DNA of 64,000 nt. Source: Bdellovibrionota bacterium (GTDB lineage: Bacteria > Bdellovibrionota > UBA1018 > CAIPTA01 > JAALKR01). Shown here one piece after another: positions 60,671-64,000 of this stretch. The first letter of the stretch is position 1. The number at the start of each line of letters is the position of its first letter. The stretch is taken from positions 160,001 to 224,000 of the forward strand of contig CBDBMJ010000001.1 in the NCBI GenBank assembly GCA_965207455.1, in the 5' to 3' direction. A model generated the notes under the pieces. That model did no database searches. It saw only the letters and a program-made list of their open reading frames with translations, and had not been told where the DNA came from. Made by a program: the position numbers and the translations under genes.

Positions 60671-62129
60671 ATTGATGGATGGAGTGCCCATAGCACAAGC
60701 TAATATCGTCAATAAAAGAGGAACTTTTGATGATAGCATTCGAATGGGCTCCTTGCAGTTCGATAGTCGTCGCTTAAAAAAAGGCGAGATATTTGTGGTC
60801 ATTGATGGAGAGGGTAGCAAAGATAGGTATGAGCACATAGAAGATGCCATTCAAAAAGGTTCTCCCATTACATTAATCAGCGAAAAAATTTGGTCGCATA
60901 TTTCTCCCAGCTTTCAAGAAAATCTTCTCAAGAGAACGGTTATTCTGTCCTGTAAGAACTCAAAAAAGAGTATGGGCTTGTTGGCTTCCGCTTGGAGAGA
61001 ACGATTTTCCATTCCAGTGTTTGGGGTTACGGGAAGTAACGGCAAAACAACCACAAAAGATATGCTGGGATATATTTTATCCACATTGATCAGTGGCAAG
61101 GACTCCGTTTTGGTATCCGAGAGTAGTTTTAATAATGATATTGGCTTGCCCCTAACTCTTTCGAAATTGAAAAACAAGCACAAGGTTGTCCTACTAGAAA
61201 TGGGCACGAATCATTTTGGAGAGTTGGCATATTTGTCGGAAATTGCCAAACCCAATGGAGCTTTAATTACTAATATTGGGGATAGTCACTTGGAGTTTTT
61301 ATCCGATAGGCGAGGGGTTTGGGAAGCTAAAAAAGAGCTTATTGAGGGTTTAAGGGGAGAGAAAAAAAGTTGGTTTGTGAACTACGATGATCCCATTCTC
61401 AGGCGAGCAAGCGAGCAGGAGTTTCTTAATGTGGAGAAAATTGCATTTTCTCGTCGAGACTCAGATGTAGACTATTACGTGCGAGTGATGGATAAGCTAG
61501 GTAGAAATAATAATTTTGGATACAGGGTTCGCTTCTCTGGAAAACGTATGAATAACTATGTGGAATCAAAAATATGCTTCCCTGGCTTGCATAATATCCA
61601 GAACGCAGCAGCAACATTTGCTATTGCTGTTGACTATTTTCAATTGGATCCAGAGGCAGTTGTCAGGGCTATGGAAGGCATGCCCCTTCCACCCAATCGA
61701 GCCAAGGTTATTTCTTTAAGGAGTGGTGCATTTATTTTTAGTGATTGCTATAACGCAAACCCATCCTCCATGGAGGCAGCATTGCAGATGGTGGCTGATT
61801 CTTCCGACGGGAATTTTTATGTGGCCCTAGGGGAGTTGCTAGAGATGGGGGTGGATAGAGAAAGGCGACACCAGATTTTAGGTCAGGAAATTGCCCGCAG
61901 TGGAGCCAAGGGGCTGGGCGTTTGTGGAACCTACTCCCAAGCGGTAGCAAAGGGAGCCATGGAGGAGGGAATGGAGGAAAAAAATATTTTTTTAGGCAAG
62001 GAGCCTCAGCTCCTATTGGATTTTTTCAATGAAAGGCTGAAAACGGGTAGTGGATTTCTTCTTGTAAAAGGTTCAAGAGGGGCAAGGATGGAGAGGCTTG
62101 TTGACATTCTTGTTGAAAATCAGAAATAA
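60663..62129 (+). CDS. murF: UDP-MurNAc-pentapeptide ligase
   Basis: GSNGKTTTK, NN.IG.P, D.YNANP.SM, KGSR. Confidence 0.92.
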   Translation: MFKLMDGVPIAQANIVNKRGTFDDSIRMGSLQFDSRRLKKGEIFVVIDGEGSKDRYEHIEDAIQKGSPITLISEKIWSHISPSFQENLLKRTVILSCKNSKKSMGLLASAWRERFSIPVFGVTGSNGKTTTKDMLGYILSTLISGKDSVLVSESSFNNDIGLPLTLSKLKNKHKVVLLEMGTNHFGELAYLSEIAKPNGALITNIGDSHLEFLSDRRGVWEAKKELIEGLRGEKKSWFVNYDDPILRRASEQEFLNVEKIAFSRRDSDVDYYVRVMDKLGRNNNFGYRVRFSGKRMNNYVESKICFPGLHNIQNAAATFAIAVDYFQLDPEAVVRAMEGMPLPPNRAKVISLRSGAFIFSDCYNANPSSMEAALQMVADSSDGNFYVALGELLEMGVDRERRHQILGQEIARSGAKGLGVCGTYSQAVAKGAMEEGMEEKNIFLGKEPQLLLDFFNERLKTGSGFLLVKGSRGARMERLVDILVENQK

Positions 62130-62138
62130 TAGGCGAAG

Positions 62139-63215
62139 ATGCTATATCATTTTTTTTATTCATTAGCTGAGGACATTTCAGCGTTTAATGTATTCAAGTA
62201 CATTAGTTTTCGCTCAGTGGGTGCTGCCGTAACAGCCCTTTTAGCCTCTCTATTAGTAGGACCCTGGTTTATTCGAAAGTTGAGAGCCATGAGCTTGCAG
62301 CAGGTTGTGAGACAGGAGGGTCCAGCCACACACTACAAGAAAAAGGATACTCCCACGATGGGAGGGGGAATGATTCTCTTCGCACTTACGCTATCTGTTC
62401 TGCTTTGGTCGGATCTTTCCAATCCGGCTATATGGATTGTATTATTTTTAACTCTTTCCTATGGAATTTTGGGTTGGATGGATGATTACTTGAAAATTGT
62501 CAAAGGTAATACCTCGGGAGTGTCGGGAAAGCGAAAACTAGGGTTTCAGGTAGTGGTGGCTTCTGTGACGGTTTGGCTACTGGTTCATTATATGGGGATT
62601 GGAGAGACGCTACACTTCCCCTTCTTTAAAGATATTTCTTTGGACCTGGGTTGGTTGTTCTATCCTTTTTGTGTGCTGGTGATTGTGGGTAGTTCCAATG
62701 CGGTTAATTTAACCGACGGTCTGGACGGCTTGGCAACAGGGTCTTTAGTGATTAGCTTGGCAACACTGATGGCTCTCACCTACCTGGCTGGTCACGTAGA
62801 ATTTGCCTCTTACTTGGATATTCCCTATGTACCGGGTACGGGAGAGCTATCTATTTTTTGTGCTGCTGCCCTTGCCGCAGGATTGGGTTTTCTCTGGTAT
62901 AACGCATACCCGGCACAAGTATTTATGGGCGATGTGGGGAGTTTATCCTTGGGAGGGGCCATGGGCACATTGGCAATAGCCACAAGGAATGAAATGCTGC
63001 TACCCATAATTGGAGGGATATTCGTTATAGAGACAGTCTCCGTAATTATTCAGGTTTTGGTATTTAAAAGAACGGGAAAGAGGGTTTTTCGCATGGCGCC
63101 TATTCACCACCATTATGAGATGATGGGAATTGCTGAGTCTAAAATCACGGTACGGGGATGGATTATTTCTGTTTTACTGGCGATTGTGGCACTATCCACA
63201 TTGAAACTTCGTTAG
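62139..63215 (+). CDS. mraY: Phospho-MurNAc-pentapeptide transferase
   Basis: TPTMGG, DD, NAVNLTDGLDGL, FMGDVGS, APIHHH. Confidence 0.95.
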   Translation: MLYHFFYSLAEDISAFNVFKYISFRSVGAAVTALLASLLVGPWFIRKLRAMSLQQVVRQEGPATHYKKKDTPTMGGGMILFALTLSVLLWSDLSNPAIWIVLFLTLSYGILGWMDDYLKIVKGNTSGVSGKRKLGFQVVVASVTVWLLVHYMGIGETLHFPFFKDISLDLGWLFYPFCVLVIVGSSNAVNLTDGLDGLATGSLVISLATLMALTYLAGHVEFASYLDIPYVPGTGELSIFCAAALAAGLGFLWYNAYPAQVFMGDVGSLSLGGAMGTLAIATRNEMLLPIIGGIFVIETVSVIIQVLVFKRTGKRVFRMAPIHHHYEMMGIAESKITVRGWIISVLLAIVALSTLKLR

Positions 63216-63271
63216 AATCCTAGAAAGAATCCTTGAAAGAAACAAACGATTGTTGTTATAAAGAATAAGGT

Positions 63272-64000
63272 TTGGGAAATAAAATTGTAGATTATAGTGG
63301 AAAAAAGGCTTTGGTGCTGGGTCTGGGAAGGTCTGGCAGGAGTGTGGTTCGTTATTTGCATTCTTGCAATGCTGCGGTGTGGGCTTGCGACATTCAGTCT
63401 AGACAAGACTTCAAGGAAATTTTAGAGCCCCTAGAATCCTTAAATCCACCCGTGCAGTTTGATTTTGGTCCCCATCGCGTAGAGTTTCTTGCTGGTGCGG
63501 ACTTAATTATTCCGTCGCCCAGTATTCCTTCCAATATGCCTCTCTTGCGAGACATGAGCTATCAGGGTGCTTCTTTAATTACGGAGCTGGATTTGGCTTT
63601 GAAAGAGATCGACGTGCCCATAGTTGCCTTTGCGGGAAGCCATGGAAAAACAACGGTGGCTTGGTTGGTGAAGGAGATGTTGGAAAGTGGTGGGAAAAAA
63701 GTTTTTTTCGCCCATGATCGGGGGCATAGTTTGTCGGACTATCCGTTACAGCCCACCAAAGCAGATGTGGTGTTGCTGGAGTTATCTTCGGCTCAGTTGG
63801 AGAGGGTCCAGGATCTTAAGCCTGCAATCGTGGTTTTTCCTTATTTGGGTTTGAAGCAGTTGCAGAATTATCCCACGATGGAGGATTATTTTCGGGTTCA
63901 GCTTCGGGTTTTGCGACATGGAGGAGAGCACTCTACGGTGATTTATAACCATAGAAATGTAAACCTACGCGCTATTCTACAAAAAGTTCCGGGTGAGAAG
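63272..64000 (+). CDS. murD: MurD-like ligase (partial, runs off the window)
   Basis: Manual translation KALVLGLGRSG, PSPSIP, ELDLA, AGSHGKTT, LELSS; follows mraY. Confidence 0.8.
   Translation, partial: MGNKIVDYSGKKALVLGLGRSGRSVVRYLHSCNAAVWACDIQSRQDFKEILEPLESLNPPVQFDFGPHRVEFLAGADLIIPSPSIPSNMPLLRDMSYQGASLITELDLALKEIDVPIVAFAGSHGKTTVAWLVKEMLESGGKKVFFAHDRGHSLSDYPLQPTKADVVLLELSSAQLERVQDLKPAIVVFPYLGLKQLQNYPTMEDYFRVQLRVLRHGGEHSTVIYNHRNVNLRAILQKVPGEK

Overview
A moderately AT-rich bacterial chromosomal segment, probably Bdellovibrionota/Oligoflexia-like (inferred from gene content only). The backbone is housekeeping: batD, rluB/scpB/scpA, rsfS-nadD-obgE-rpmA-rplU, xerD, bfd, pntAB, nusB, trpS, amiC, kdsD, type III glnA, mltD, hpt, frameshifted prfB, acs, and the dcw cluster rsmH-ftsL-ftsI-murE-murF-mraY-murD. 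Many AT-rich orphan genes for secreted proteins are interspersed in it, and there is one intact IS4-family element with a 10-bp target duplication. Main highlights: (1) a compact candidate RiPP-like locus at 41979-43500, where two paralogous ~90-aa exported peptides with five Cys and a C-terminal CxCWxG motif flank a ferritin-like di-iron enzyme that starts 2 nt after one of them; (2) a five-member family of secreted two-TM proteins with a hypervariable middle, plus a shared promoter/RBS/signal-peptide leader reused on unrelated orphan genes; (3) four sigma54 promoters with the same IHF-like box and tandem TGT-N11-ACA-like enhancer layout; (4) many recent local duplications, including copied fragments of xerD and bfd around orphan genes. 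All product calls come from motif recognition by eye; no searches were run.
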